In this document: positions 1 to 13,020 of the stretch, one piece after another | Layout: the number at the start of each line of letters is the position of its first letter | How positions within the stretch are numbered: position 1 is the stretch's first letter | Assembly: GCF_006345805.1 (NCBI RefSeq) | Contig: NC_042997.1 | Coordinates: 118,730,001 to 118,794,000, forward strand | Direction of reading: 5' to 3' | DNA length: 64,000 bases | Origin: Octopus sinensis | Taxonomy: Eukaryota | Notes under the pieces: generated by a model | What the model saw: only the letters and a program-made list of their open reading frames with translations | Databases searched by the model: none | Told to the model about the DNA's origin: nothing | Made by a program: the position numbers and the translations under genes

Positions 1-620
1 ATATCGAATATCATTGTTTTTATTTGTAGCTATTGATGTTTGTCTTTATTATTCTTGTTAGAAATGTATAATAAATTATTTCAGCTCCTGTAACTACTGG
101 TTACTTTCCAGTAAGATATTCAATACAACCATTTATCATTTACTTAGGATATCGTATTCAATATTCTATATGTCTTGATAGTTTTACCTTGCTTTTTTTT
201 TTTCATTTATATTTCCTTTTATAAATGGCTTAGACTGTTCAGAGAAAAGAACAGAAAAAGGCTTTTCTTCGAAACACATATAATATTAATAACAACAACA
301 ACAATGATAATAAGAAAAAAACGATGATGAGAATAATAATATTAATAATAACGATGATGATGGTGATGATGATCATGATCATGAGGATGACGATCTCCGA
401 TAGAAGAAACGCATGGATTAACAAAGTTGATATATCGGCAAGCAACAACACTTTAGGTCGTTAATACTTATTGTCGAATTTATCGACCTCAGCACCTGAC
501 TGGTATTTACCTTATCGAAATCAATAGATGAATGTGAGGTCAATGTATGGCGGAATTGTAATCCATCAATCATTAAACGCCTTCTTAATTCTATTAATAT
601 TAATAATCCCTACAAAATTT

Positions 621-820
621 GGCACAAGGCCAGCAATTTCGAGATAGGAAGACGTTTGATTATATCGACCTCAGCGTTCAAATGAAAATCCTTTTCTTTT
701 TATCGATACTGAAAGTATGAAAGATAATGTCGACCTCGGCGGGATTCGAGCTTAGAAAGACGGACGGAATGCCGCTAAGCATTTTGTCCGGCATGCTAAA
801 GGTTCTGCCGGTTTATCGCC
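621..820 (-). mobile_element. tRNA-derived SINE, family A (OK-like octopus SINE), degraded, tail type B
   Basis: Reverse complement matches the intact copies at 20413-20998 and 24035-24268 (head GGCGAGCTGGCAGAA..GTTAGCA, B-box-like GTTCAAATTCC, central GCCTTTCATCCTTTCGGGGTCGAT). Confidence 0.8.
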
Positions 821-1037
821 AACGATGATGGTGATGATAATGGAATAATTCTAACCATTTTTCTTTTTCTTTTCCTACAATAAGTGCAACAATGGAGAGG
901 TCGTTATCATGACCGTTTGCAATTTGTGTTAGGAGGAAGGCGCATGGAAAAGAAAAAGGGACAACAGTATAAATAACATACGTAGTATGTGAACATATAG
1001 ATGATACAACCTTCTTGATACAGGATACAGGGACCAA

Positions 1038-1135
1038 ATACTACTACTACGACTACTATTACAACCACCACCAAACCCACTGCCGCCACCACTACTACTA
1101 CTATAACCACCACCACCACCACCACCACTACCCCA

Positions 1136-1166
<31 letters not shown>

Positions 1167-1200
1167 ATACTACTACTACTACTACTAGCAATAATAATAT
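1038..1200. repeat. compound (ACT)n/(ACC)n microsatellite
   Basis: Directly visible trinucleotide runs; these generate the poly-V/S/G ORFs in the track. Confidence 0.95.
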
Positions 1201-1211
1201 TTTCTATTATT

Positions 1212-1401
1212 GGAACAAGGCCAGGAATTTTTTGGGAGGGAGATAGTCGAGTACATCGACCCCAGCACTTCATTGATACTTAATTTATCGATCCCAAAAG
1301 AATGAAAAGCAAAGTGGCCCACGGCGGAATTCGAACTCAGAACGAAGCGGCAGACGAAATACCATTAAGCATTTCGCTAACGATTTTGCCAGCTCGCCGC
1401 C
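1212..1401 (-). mobile_element. SINE family A
   Basis: Same head and central motifs as other family A copies; the head abuts an (AAT)n array. Confidence 0.85.
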
Positions 1402-1449
<48 letters not shown>

Positions 1450-1490
1450 TAATAATAATAAAAATAATAATGATAATAATAATAATAATA

Positions 1491-2018
1491 ATAACAACAG
1501 AAAAAAGATGGTATAGGCACACACCAGAAAAGGTCACAGAAAACGAGAAAGCAACCATACTCTGGGATATGCCGATACACACAGACAGAGAAATTAAGGC
1601 CAACAGACCAGATATAGTTGTCAGAGACCATGAAGAAAAAAATGCTTTCTAATTGATGTATCAATACCGGCTGATGACAACGTGTCTCTAAAAGAAATGG
1701 AGAAACTCTCAAAATACAAAGACCTGGAAATAGAGGTAACTAGAATGTGGAATCTGAAAACAGAAACAATTCCTATCATAGTAGGTGCATTAGGCATGAT
1801 AAAAAAATATTCAGACAAATACATAACAAAAACACCAGGACTTACAAACACATATAACATACAGAAAATTGCACTACTAGGCACTGCACACATCCTACGC
1901 AGAACACTTTCTATACAATAACCATCAGAGCACCACAACAAATCACAACACATACCCAAGGCACACAGAGCTGCGCTCGGTAGTGAAGTGAAAGCACGCT
2001 ATAAAAATAAAACTACTG
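1491..2018 (+). mobile_element. R4/Dong-like non-LTR retrotransposon, 5'-truncated 3' end (restriction-like endonuclease + 3' UTR)
   Basis: Translation WYRHTPEKVTENEKATILWDMPIHTDREIKANRPDIVV..(frameshift)..LIDVSIP..EKLSKYKDL..IPIIVGALG..ALLGTAHILRRTL is the PD-(D/E)xK REL domain typical of the R4 clade; flanked by (AAT)n on both sides. Confidence 0.9.
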
Positions 2019-2082
2019 AATAATAATAATAATAATAATATTAAAAATAATAATAAAATGATGATGGTGATGATGATGATGG

Positions 2083-2119
<37 letters not shown>

Positions 2120-2140
2120 ATGATGACGACGATGATGATA
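2019..2140. repeat. (AAT)n followed by (GAT)n microsatellite
   Basis: Directly visible. Confidence 0.95.
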
Positions 2141-2372
2141 GTAATAAATGTAAGGTATATGGGCATAGGTAATGTCTGGAGAGACACGGGTATAGTAAAG
2201 GGTGTTTCGAGATTGGCTAAAACAAAGAACATTACTGAAACAAACCAGTTAATCATTGTTGCTGCTAATGTTGAAGCAGATATAAGATACAAGCAGTATC
2301 ACAGTATCAGCCAGGCCATCAAGTGCTATGATACACCACTGGTAACAATGCGCTTCCAATTTTGTCTCAGAG

Positions 2373-2912
2373 AGGTACCATCCACTCTTGCCATTTTTGC
2401 AACTTTCACCACTTTTCAATAAACTCATTCGATGACAGCACTTCTCTCTCCACCATCAATTTCTTTTTCAAGTGAAACTTGATAAAGTTTGAAACCTCTA
2501 CCAAAGAGGAATGTACCTGTCCTCATGCCTTCCAGCCGCGTCCAATGACAACGTCTCTCGTTACAACCACCAAAGAAAGGAAAACTGCCTAGCCTACCCC
2601 ATTAAAGTAGTTCGGTGGGACAATAATCCCTATGGACTCGGCCGATAGACGGATCCGTACCCCACAAGCCAGCAATGCGCGGACAATAAACAGTTTTGTG
2701 TCAATGCGCGCACCTCGGACAAACCCCTGTCACAGTACATCCATACCTATAGAATTTACCTCGAACTGGTAGTGTCCCCTGGTAGCACTGCCAGGCCAAG
2801 GACATCTGAAAATTATCCACAATAGCTCCCGACCGGGAAGTCCTCCCAAATAGACTGGCCAGTTCGTTTTTCTCGAAGCCCAGAGTCTCCCCGGAACCGT
2901 CGTCGCACTTGC
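2373..2912 (-). mobile_element. Tx1/L1-clade LINE ORF2 C-terminal remnant (zf-RVT region)
   Basis: Minus strand reads DNFQMSLAWQCYQGTLPVRGKFYRYGCTVTGVCPRC...WTRLEGMRTGTFL, with stops and frameshifts; homologous to 7945-8525. Confidence 0.75.
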
Positions 2913-3010
2913 CCCCCCCCTAACTAATCTGCTATGAATTGGTTAATTAGAACATACATGAATCCCATGCCCGATTGTTGACAACATTCTAGGTACCAGC
3001 TCCTGGTACC

Positions 3011-3164
<154 letters not shown>

Positions 3165-4249
3165 AAACGTATCGAAGGTAGGAAAGGCTTTATACAGCTA
3201 GAAAGTTATTTGAAAATAAGCACCATGAGACTACAGAACTGCCTACTTCAAAAGAAATACAAATAATCACAAAACTCGAACAAAAGAAACCGTTTCCATT
3301 CTGTAAGGAAGCTGAGAAATACAAATACAAAAAAGAAGACATAGTACCTAACAGCAATGAAGAAAAAGAAGAAACAACTGAAATCCATACTAAAACTAGA
3401 AGTGCAACGGATCATGATAAAACGATGGCAAGAAAAGTCCCGTCATAGCAAATACTGGGTTAAATTAAAGAGAAAAGAAATAAACAAAACAAAATCCTAA
3501 CAAGGGCTGAGAAGATCAGGACTCAAAGCAGAGACTGGAGGATTTTTAATTGCAACACAATATCAAAGCCGCCCCACTAGAAATTACCAAAAATATGTAA
3601 TGGAAAAAAATACAAGAAGTAACTGCAGTTACTTATGGAGATGGAGAAGAAACAATAAATCATATTGTCTCTGGCTGACCAGTCCAAGATAAGAAGGAAT
3701 ATATCACAAACAAAGTTGGGACCTACATGCACCGGAACTATGCCAACACTATGGAATAACAACAGAAAAACAATGGTATAGGCACACGCCAGGAAATGTC
3801 AGAGAAAATGAGAAAGCGGCTATACTCTGGGGTATGTCAATGCACACAGATAGAGAAATTAAGGCCAATAGGTCGGATATAGTTGTCAGAGATCGTGAAG
3901 AAAAAAAATGCTTTCTAATTGATGTATCAATACCAGCAGATGACAAATTGTCTCTAAAAGAAATAGAGAAACTTTCAAAATACAAAGATCTGGAAATAGA
4001 GGTAACTCGAATTTGGAGTCTAAAGACAGAAACAAGTCTTATTGTAGTAGGCGCATTACGTATGATAAAAGATTATTCAGACAAATACATAACAAAGACA
4101 CCAGGATTAAGAAGTATATAAAATAGACAGAAAATAGCACTACTGGGCACCACACACATCCTACTTAAAACGCTTTCAGCACATTAAAAATAAAAGCATC
4201 ACAATAAACCACAGTGCAGTGAAAGCACGTTATAAAAAGAAAACAACTG
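3165..4249 (+). mobile_element. R4/Dong-like non-LTR retrotransposon, degraded 3' ~1.1 kb
   Basis: KRIEGRKGFIQLE (the R.xGGRGL motif), GLKAET.GF, ETINHIVSG and a REL domain (ORF 3834-4121); ends GTGAAAGCACGTTATAAAAAGAAAACAACTGAATAAT, like the copy at 1491-2018. Confidence 0.88.
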
Positions 4250-4355
4250 AATAATAAAAAAAATAATAATAAATTTAACCTACTGTGCGACCAAATAATA
4301 GAGGCGAGACGGCCAGAAATTGTGATTATCCATAAAAATGAAAAAGAAGCAAATA

Positions 4356-4755
4356 TAACGCATACCCTCCATCAGACACCTACCATATTCTGAGCGCCTT
4401 GTTTCCCTGGGCATGGATTCACTGAAGCCCCGGCGTCTGGCGACGGACTTGGTAAACACCCACAAAGTTATCAACCACCTCACCAACAACAACACTGAAC
4501 ACCTTTTTGATCTCCATGTGTCTAACACACGTGGACATGCCTACAAAGTCAGAAAACAACACAGCTCCCATGACTTTCGGAAACATTTTTTCACGCTCAA
4601 AGTTGCTGAAGCATGGAATAAACTGCCTGCGTCAGTTGTTGACTGCCATGACACTGCATCCTTTAAGGCCCTCATGCTTTCCGAAATCCGCCGAAACTAC
4701 ACCTGATTATATATACACTTTAGATGAGTTGTAGTGCACCTGAGCACTGTACACA

Positions 4756-4757
<2 letters not shown>
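4356..4757 (+). mobile_element. CR1-clade LINE 3' end with terminal stem-loop and (ATT)n tail
   Basis: LPYSERLVSLGMDSL..RR..DL..TRGHAYKVRK..FRKHFFTL.V.EAWNKLP..FK is the classic CR1 ORF2 C-terminus; followed by the hairpin TAGTGC-ACCTGA-GCACTG and an (ATT)n tail at 4757-4820. Confidence 0.9.
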
Positions 4758-4819
<62 letters not shown>

Positions 4820-4821
<2 letters not shown>

Positions 4822-5013
4822 GATGTTGCAATACCAGGCGATTTGAGGGTGAAATGTATGGAAACAGAAAAGAGTGAGAAATACCAGCCACTGCGGGATC
4901 AGATAGGAAAATTATGGGGCATGAGGAAAGTAATGGTTATACCGGTGGTAATTGGAGTATTAGGGGCAGTTTCCAAGAGCTTTGAAAAATATATTAAGAA
5001 TATTGAAGCAGCT
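4820..5013 (+). mobile_element. R4/Dong-like REL fragment (different subfamily)
   Basis: IDVAIPGDLRVK..EK.EKYQPLR..LWG..VIPVVIGVLG (N-terminal part of ORF 4843-5304). Confidence 0.75.
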
Positions 5014-5257
<244 letters not shown>

Positions 5258-5554
5258 CAGTTTATGTTTTCTCTCTTCCTTTTCCCTATCATGTGACTAT
5301 GTAAATGAACAATCTGGTGTGTTTATTTTAATTGCCTACCAATGTATACAGTAGGTTTCTCTGCCCTAGGTGTCAGGAAGACTTTCGGCAAGAAATGGAA
5401 GCAATTCAAAGAAGATGTTAATGATATTAATAATACTAATAATCCTTTCTGATATAGGCACAATTTCCGGGTGAGGGAGTAAACCGATTACATCGACCCC
5501 AGTGCTGAACTGGTACATATCTTGTCGACAATAATAGCAATGACGATGATGACG

Positions 5555-5587
<33 letters not shown>

Positions 5588-5640
5588 ATGATAAGAATAA
5601 TAATAATAACAACAACAATAATAATAATAATAATAATAAC

Positions 5641-5689
<49 letters not shown>

Positions 5690-5698
5690 GTAATAATA

Positions 5699-6252
5699 GC
5701 CCTGATGCAGTACCAGGCAGTGGCTCTCATGGCTTCTGATCTTAACTGATTGGAAGTGTTATCATGTACATTGTTTTGTCTTGGTATAAATGATGGGCTA
5801 CAGCAAATATTCTGCTCAATACCACAGATTTGCTTGTCAGTTGTTTGACCTTAACCAGTTGAGCATGTCCCTTAGTGGCTGACGATATGTGCATCTCTGA
5901 TCACGAGCAGAAGTAGTGGGGGAGCATCATAGTCATGTGTTGAGAGGGATTCTTTGGGGTTTGAATAATTCACCTCTGGAAACATGGGTGGTTCTTTCAA
6001 CATCCTTAAACAACCCTTATTCAGGGACCTTTTGAGCGGGATGGGCTACTCAACCTGAAGAAAATTCTAACTGGGCCCCACCTGCAAGGTCATGTGCTGT
6101 TTATCTTGATATGAGATCACCATGTCGCGCACATATGGTTGTGATGCATGTGCCTGGTGTACCTTTATCAGACGGGTAGTCATGATGGGTATATTGGGCT
6201 TCGTACATTTTACCCCAGTGTCACTTTGATGGCATGAACTGCTCTCTCACTC
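5699..6252. mobile_element. ~554-bp non-coding interspersed element embedded in (AAT)n
   Basis: GC-richer block with sharp ends (GCCCTGATGCAGTA ... GCTCTCTCACTC) and (AAT)n on both sides; its left end recurs at 7288-7301; no ORF. Confidence 0.6.
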
Positions 6253-6290
<38 letters not shown>

Positions 6291-6292
<2 letters not shown>

Positions 6293-7241
6293 CAGATATT
6301 GACAAAGCCCTGACCCATCAATGGCTAATGGCCTCTGGCTTAAAATCTGAAACAGAGGGGTTTAGCATAGCAGCTCAAGATCAATGCCTACCAAGAAACT
6401 GCCAGGCCAACATATTAAAGAGCGGCAGTAGCCCAACATGTCGTGTATGCCGACAACAAATTGAAACCATTGATCATGTTGTCTCCAAATGCAGTCTTCT
6501 AGCGCCTACAGAGTACCTCAACAGGCATGATAGAGCTGCACAATATATTCACTGGGTAATTTGCAAAAACCTGGATTTGCCCCATGAAAAAAACTGGTGG
6601 GAACACAATCCACCTCCAGTGCTTGAGAATGACCACATCTCACTCCTCTGGAACTTCACCATTCAAACTGACAGGAAGATAGATGCAAATAGGCCAGACA
6701 TCATATTGAAAGACTTCAGACAAAGAACATGCCTCCTCATTGATATGACTGTCCCAATCGATATAAACGTATCTGTCAAGAACTGCCAAAAACTGAGCAA
6801 ATATAAAGATCTTGAAATAGAAATCAGCAAAATGTGGAACCTGAAGACTAAAACAATACCTGTTGTCATAGGTGCCCTAGGAATGATAGCGAAAGGGGCT
6901 GATTGCTACCTAACTCAGATACCAGGAAACCCCAAAATGGCAGAAATTCAAAAGATAGTGCTCATGGGAACTGCTCATATCCTACGCAAAATACTTTCTA
7001 TGTAATCCCAAGGTTTAAAACAAACTTTTTTAAAATTTATTTATTTATTTATTTTATTTTGTTTTATTTTATTTATTTACTTTTAAAAAAATTAATTTTT
7101 ATGTATTAGACATTCACTAGTACAACACCAAAAAAAAAACCCCAAATATATGGCACAGAACTTCCAACCTGTTGTATCTTGAGGTCTCTGGGTGAGACTT
7201 GGAGCCAACTTGTACAGACATAAAGCAAAAGTCAAACATAG
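6291..7241 (+). mobile_element. R4/Dong-like element 3' end: CCHC finger + REL endonuclease (ORF 6328-7005) + 3' UTR
   Basis: GLKSETEGF, CRVC..ETIDHVVSKC (CCHC), RHD, RPDII..LLIDMTVP, KLSKYKDL, IPVVIGALG; (AAT)n on both sides. Confidence 0.92.
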
Positions 7242-7319
7242 AATAATAATAATAATATTAGAGTGTGGCGGTTTACAAGTAATAATTGCCCTGATGCAGT
7301 AAATTTCAAATTTTACCTA

Positions 7320-7518
7320 AAGGGCAGCAGATTTGAGGGAAGGTATGAATCGATTACATCAATCCCCCAGTATTCAACTGGTACTTATTTTATTGGCCCC
7401 CGAAAGGATGAAAGGCAAACTCGAGCACGGTAGAATTTGGACTTAAAAACGTAACTACGGGCGAAATGCCGCTAAGCATATCGTCCAGCTTGCTAACAAT
7501 TCTACTAGCTTGGCGCCT
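7320..7518 (-). mobile_element. SINE family A, degraded
   Basis: cccgaaaggatgaaaggcaaa...gaaatgccgctaagcat matches family A. Confidence 0.75.
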
Positions 7519-7659
7519 TAACAACAACAACAACGACAAAAATGTTGATGATGATGATGATTTCATTTATTTTCTATCAGGGCGAAGCATGAGGGTACCA
7601 ACACAAAACAGACATAATGTGAGGCGATTTACATATAATGAATGATATGTGAAAAAATG

Positions 7660-7860
7660 TGCAGTGGCCATACAACAAGACAAAAGTTTTTATGGGTGCT
7701 CTATTTGCCATCACCAACAAACTTAAAAGTTTCATTATCGTGAACAGTGTAAGTACCATAGTTGCATTAATTCAGGAATCTGCTGTATTGGAAGCAGCAA
7801 ATATTGTAAGAAATATCCTAGATATCTAAGGAAACTGGTTGTGACCTAGTATCAAGGATA
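7660..7860 (+). mobile_element. old R4/Dong-like extreme C-terminal fragment
   Basis: In-frame KVFMGALFAITNKLKSF..IQESAVLEAANIVRNILDI* parallels the GALG..IQK.ALLGTAHILR..L* end of the other copies. Confidence 0.55.
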
Positions 7861-7944
7861 TTGACTCCAAATGTAAAACATTCTTGCATACCATGAACAG
7901 TGATATGGAATTGAAAGAATCAGTAAAACTTTAAAAATTGTTGA

Positions 7945-8525
7945 GGGTTTGGTCCACCACAACCTCTTTCACTTAGAAACACAATCTACCTTCTCGGTTA
8001 AAGAATGCGGCGGAAGTGTCTTCACAATAAACGCAAGTGGAAGCCTGAGCTCTTCTGTATGCGACAGCAGGTGTTCGACATAGACTCACAAGTGAGCAAT
8101 GATTGGGTATTAGGCGAAAACGTACAGAGCAGTTTCGTCGTTGTGCGTGCATCACGGACAAGGCCGGCTGACGGCACTTGCATGCCTATAGGGTTTATGG
8201 CATACTGGTAAATCCTACCCCACCGGTAGCACTGGCAGTGCATGTGTTTCTGGAAATTATAACTCAGATATATAGGGGTACTGGTCGGGAGCGCGCAGAA
8301 CAATTTCGTCGCTATGCGCACCTCTCAGGCAAGTTCCATAACTGTAGAGTTTATCCCGAACAGGCAATATCTTCCACTAGCACTTCTAGGCTGAAGAGTT
8401 CTGGAAATTAACCATAGGCTCCAGACTTAAAGTCCTCTGGGACAGACCAGCTAGTTGATTCTCCTCGATATCCATAGACTCTTCGAGAAAGTCGTCGCAC
8501 TTGCTCGTCACAAACCCTCTATTGA
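7945..8525 (-). mobile_element. Tx1/L1-clade LINE ORF2 C-terminal remnant
   Basis: Minus strand: RGFVTSKCDD...QCYR..PCPRCTHNDET..EVVVD; nucleotide similarity to 2373-2912 (gtcgtcgcacttgc, ggtagcactg). Confidence 0.7.
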
Positions 8526-9290
8526 AAACGAGAGTGGAACTTCCACTTTCCGCATTAATCGATTCACGGTGTTATCATTAGTTTTCGTACGCCACCAAGC
8601 AAACACTGATGAGGTCAAATGTATTTTCAAAATATTTCCAAAACAGCATTTTCATTGTTGCCCCAGAACATTTCGAGAAGCCGATAATCTGGAGTTATCT
8701 CTGTACTTGTGATGTCCTTGCGGCAAGTTACACAGGGTAAACTTGGGGTTTCTAAGCCTTGGCCGGCTGCCAAAAGAGTCTGTGTTGTGTTTGGGATGAC
8801 CTTATACATGAAAATCTTAATTAAACCCACTTACGGAGCAAACTATAGAAAATCACCCAATGACTGTCATTCACTGCAAAGATGGAAAGTAATACCTATC
8901 CAGATGACGGCGTGAACGGAAAGACGATTCTGGGTGTGCAAGGCTCCGTTATCCCACGCCCTGCACGGTCCACGCAGAGAGCAATGGAGTGGAAGACCAG
9001 ACTCCACTCGGTTGTCGTCCTTTTACTGGTCAAAATACGCAACGTGTTTGCAAACTCATGTGGTCTACCGATGTAAACAAAGGAACAAATGTTATGAATA
9101 AATATTGCTAGACAACAGCAGCCGTTCAAGAATTTGGACCTGGAGTTCTCTATTTCCAGCGACTTCGAGGGCCATCTCCCAGTTGTGTCGGGTGTCAACG
9201 AAGAGCCCTCGACTACAACAAGACGACCAAAGTTTTTTTTCCAAGGTCTGGTGTCTTCCGCCCCTAAGCCCTAGACAATCACCTAATCAC
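8526..9290 (-). mobile_element. possible upstream continuation of the Tx1-like ORF2, highly decayed
   Basis: GC-richer block contiguous with the Tx1 remnant; only weak motif echoes (GQGLETP, GRWP). Confidence 0.3.
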
Positions 9291-11432
9291 CCTTACCCGT
9301 CTTGTTGCTTAACAACAACAACAACGATAAGAGCAATGACAAATGCAAAGCTGACGGAATAAGAGAAATAGGATTTTGGAACCAGCTAGATGTGTTCCAT
9401 ATTATGGGTTCATGAATTAGATACAATTGATTCGAAAGACGGGCTTAGAAACCCAAATTCCTATAATCAGAGAAAGCTTCTGTAGTGATGATAAGCGCGA
9501 ACAGGATAATGTATGTCAAGGTCAGCAGATGGATAGACAAGGTGAAGGTGTAGGAGAGGAGAAGGACCTGCGTGGAGAATGGGAAGGAATCAGTATAGTG
9601 TAGAGGGCTCTGTATTGCCAGAGGATATAATTGAGAAACAGAGGGACCTAATGATAAGATTCGAAATCGATATTTATTTCCTTGTGTATTATCTCGATAA
9701 TCTCAGATTCTGTACTCCTCACCTGGAAGTCTCTGAGAATATATTTCAAAGTATTCATTGTTGTTAGTGTTCTCCTTTTTTTTTCTCGATATTCACATCT
9801 CCGTTTAATCATCAATATACATTCGTGCCTGCTCCCGTTTGTTGCATGGTGATCACTTATTGATTAATGAAGTGTAGTATTATTGCTTGCCAATATATCA
9901 ACGTCGTCAATTTATTTGAAATGGTAAATAACATTGTTCTGCGATTAGTTTTCTTTATCGATTGTTGCACCTTTGTGCACAGTGTTTCTCTTTATAACAA
10001 GAGCTTAGTTAGGATTTCACTGTCAGATAAGAACGAAATTATCTGAGAGATAAATTGAGATGGAATGGAGAAGAAGTAAAAGGAAATTGTATGAAAAGTT
10101 TAAAGGTAGCAATAGATATTGTGATAAGATGAGAATGATTAAGTGAAAAAAGGCAAGTGATATTTGAAGCTTCTTTTATTCTGCCATTTGTAAGTTAGAA
10201 AGAATTCTTGAATGTTTTTCTCTTCTCTGTTTCTGGGTCAGGTTGAATATTTTAGTTGTATTTGTTAGATTTTCTACCATCTAATCTCTTTTCAATCGTA
10301 GACGTGCATCATTTATTTCTTGCTTCTCTTTACTCATTGTTGGATTATAAAAAACGCCTTCCTGTTTTCTCTTCATTTTCTCTTTAACTTCTTCCTTCTC
10401 TGTCAGATAAGAAAAGTCAATTGAATACCTTAATATATAGTATTTATAGGAAACAATGATATAATATTACTTGCTACGTTTGTAGGCAAATAAACAATAT
10501 ATTTCCTGTTATAATGACGGCTTAATTTCATGAGTTTTTTTAACTCATTATAATCTCAGATGCATGTATATAACAGCATTCATTTACTTACCTCTCTGCC
10601 TCCGAGAATCATGTCTATCAAAATTTTTTACTTGTCTCAACATTTTATGGATTGTAACTTTGACTGTCCGTTGTAACTAATATCCCGGCCTAATTGGGGA
10701 GAAGCAAATTAAATAATGTATACAAGTAATATCGACAGTTGCATGACTGAAATTATTATTCCCAGTTAGAGAACGATTTGTTAGAGAGATTTACTCGTAT
10801 TGTAAATTCAAATATTTACGAATGTTGAGTGTAATTTAAAGATGGATGTCTACTATAGGAGAATAACATTCTGAACAGGATTACATTCTCTAAGTTTCTG
10901 CCGATCAAACGCAACAGAAAAGCAATTGTTCTCTAAGACATGATAGACAGATATAGAAGCTGGGACAAAGACAAAATTCCATTTAAAGTATTATGCGGCA
11001 ATTTAAATACATTTGTGATTTCGATTTTTCTGTGCGCCGCTATAGCATTCTCTCCACGAAGCACACTCGTCTCCCGAAGGCAATAATTTCATTTTTAGAA
11101 TTCTTTACTTTATGTCGATGTATGTATGTCTTCTTCACAGAGCACTTTTATTATTACTACACAGTTTGTTACGTCTCATTCAAATATTCAATGTAATACA
11201 TCTAACCTTAAATCTGCAAAGCTATCAGATTGACCATTTTTATCGAAATGGATAGTAGTGCAACGTTAGCACGAGAAAGGTCATTTTCGCCAACTATTCA
11301 ATACATTAAATGAATTCAATCGAATCCAATGATTGCCTGAAGCAAACACGTTTAACCGCCAACTAGTCTCACGCAATCAACATTGTTGAGATCAATCATC
11401 ATTGCTATCTCTCAATATCTTGCTCAGTCAGT

Positions 11433-11433
11433 T

Positions 11434-11476
<43 letters not shown>

Positions 11477-11492
11477 GTCTTTCTTTCTTTCT
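11433..11492. repeat. (CTTT)n microsatellite
   Basis: Directly visible. Confidence 0.95.
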
Positions 11493-13020
11493 CTGCCACT
11501 TTAGCCTCTCACTCTATCGCTCTATAGTACCTTCATTTTCTTTCTGTCTTTCCATCCATATTTATCTCTCGTTCTCTTCACTCTGCAATATGGCTATGAA
11601 TTTATAACCTTTCCATCTCAGTTCAACCTGTGTGTTTCTAAATACATTTCCCAACGAGATTGCGGCTATGAAGACAAACAACGCCACTGAATTGCTCTTT
11701 AAATTACTCTGCAATTGACTACTCATTATCAAAATTATAATTACTACTAACTGCTATTAGTGCAGTTATAATAACACATTGAAGATCTACTTAGTCTAGT
11801 ATTATCACTCCAATATTTGCTATTACGTTCTTATTGTAAGTAATCTCCACAAAATACCCGTAATTTAAAGAGCAGGAGAATGGTTAGTATAACATTTTAA
11901 CATGATTTATGGCTATAATAGTGACGGGGGATCATTAAATTTTAAGAAAAATGGTGAGCTAAGAGGAGAACTCCTAAAACAAAATTCAATTCCATTATTT
12001 CACTTTAACTGATGTAAACGTTCATGGGTAGCATCATAACTAATCAAAATGGATATGATTTCTCATGTATTTTCTCACAGGAGTATTTTCTGTTGTGAGT
12101 ATTTCTGTAGTGAATGGTGTCCCCCATCCGAATGTACACGAACATATTAAATGTGATTGTTCGTGCATATGTTCCATTCAGGTCTGCTTCGTACAACTCC
12201 AGTTGATTAGTTTCAGATTGACAAATCTTTAAGTGCATCATAAAATATGCTATTTGCTGTTCGTATGTGTAAGAACAGCGTACTTACAGGGTTGGGAACA
12301 GCTCATTTCGCATTCGTAGCTGATGAAACGTGACCGTGCAGAAGTACGTGCATCATACGGTCAGATGACATCACTATTTGGCCAATGACGTGTTTTCACA
12401 TATATTGCTTACATGGGATATTTTCTCTCGAGACTATTTGAAGAGTGAATGGCTGCCCCTTGTCTGAATGTGTACGAATGTATTGAATGTGATTGCGCGG
12501 ACGTCTTAAACTAAAAAAAGATGCATTGTTATAATTTACAATATCGAAATTCTGAAAGATGTTGGCAGTCGTTAATTACTGAAAGGGTGTTACTTCAATT
12601 AGAATTATTTATTCCTCACATTCCAGAAGATGATTCAATGTGAACTTCATAAAATTGCTACTGAAGCATTCACTAAAGTAATCTAGAGCCGAAAATCATA
12701 TAGGTGAAAGTCGATGTATACACGTAAGAAAACATCCGAGATTTACTAACTTATTTGGTTAATATCTAGCCCAATAATTTTAATGCCACTAAAATCTTGA
12801 CATACTTTAGCGAATAAGCAGATAATATATATATAAATAAAACTCTAATCCAGATCTAATTATTTTTTTTAATTGAACATAAAGTGAAGCAGCGAATGAA
12901 ACATAAATGTAGACCAAGCCTCACAACCTAAAATTATTTGTGTGAGAAATCGAACGGCAATCAATATGACGATGTATCACATCTGGAACATAATTAACAA
13001 CTACATATAGAGCACAATAT

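Noticed and set aside
239-1273. ORFs rich in I/L/V/S/G at the window start, and the many YI/CV-repeat ORFs throughout (for example 34686-35006, 57480-58112)
   Set aside because: They are translations of microsatellites, not genes.
12318-12350. CTGATGA with a short hairpin
   Set aside because: No GAAA in register.
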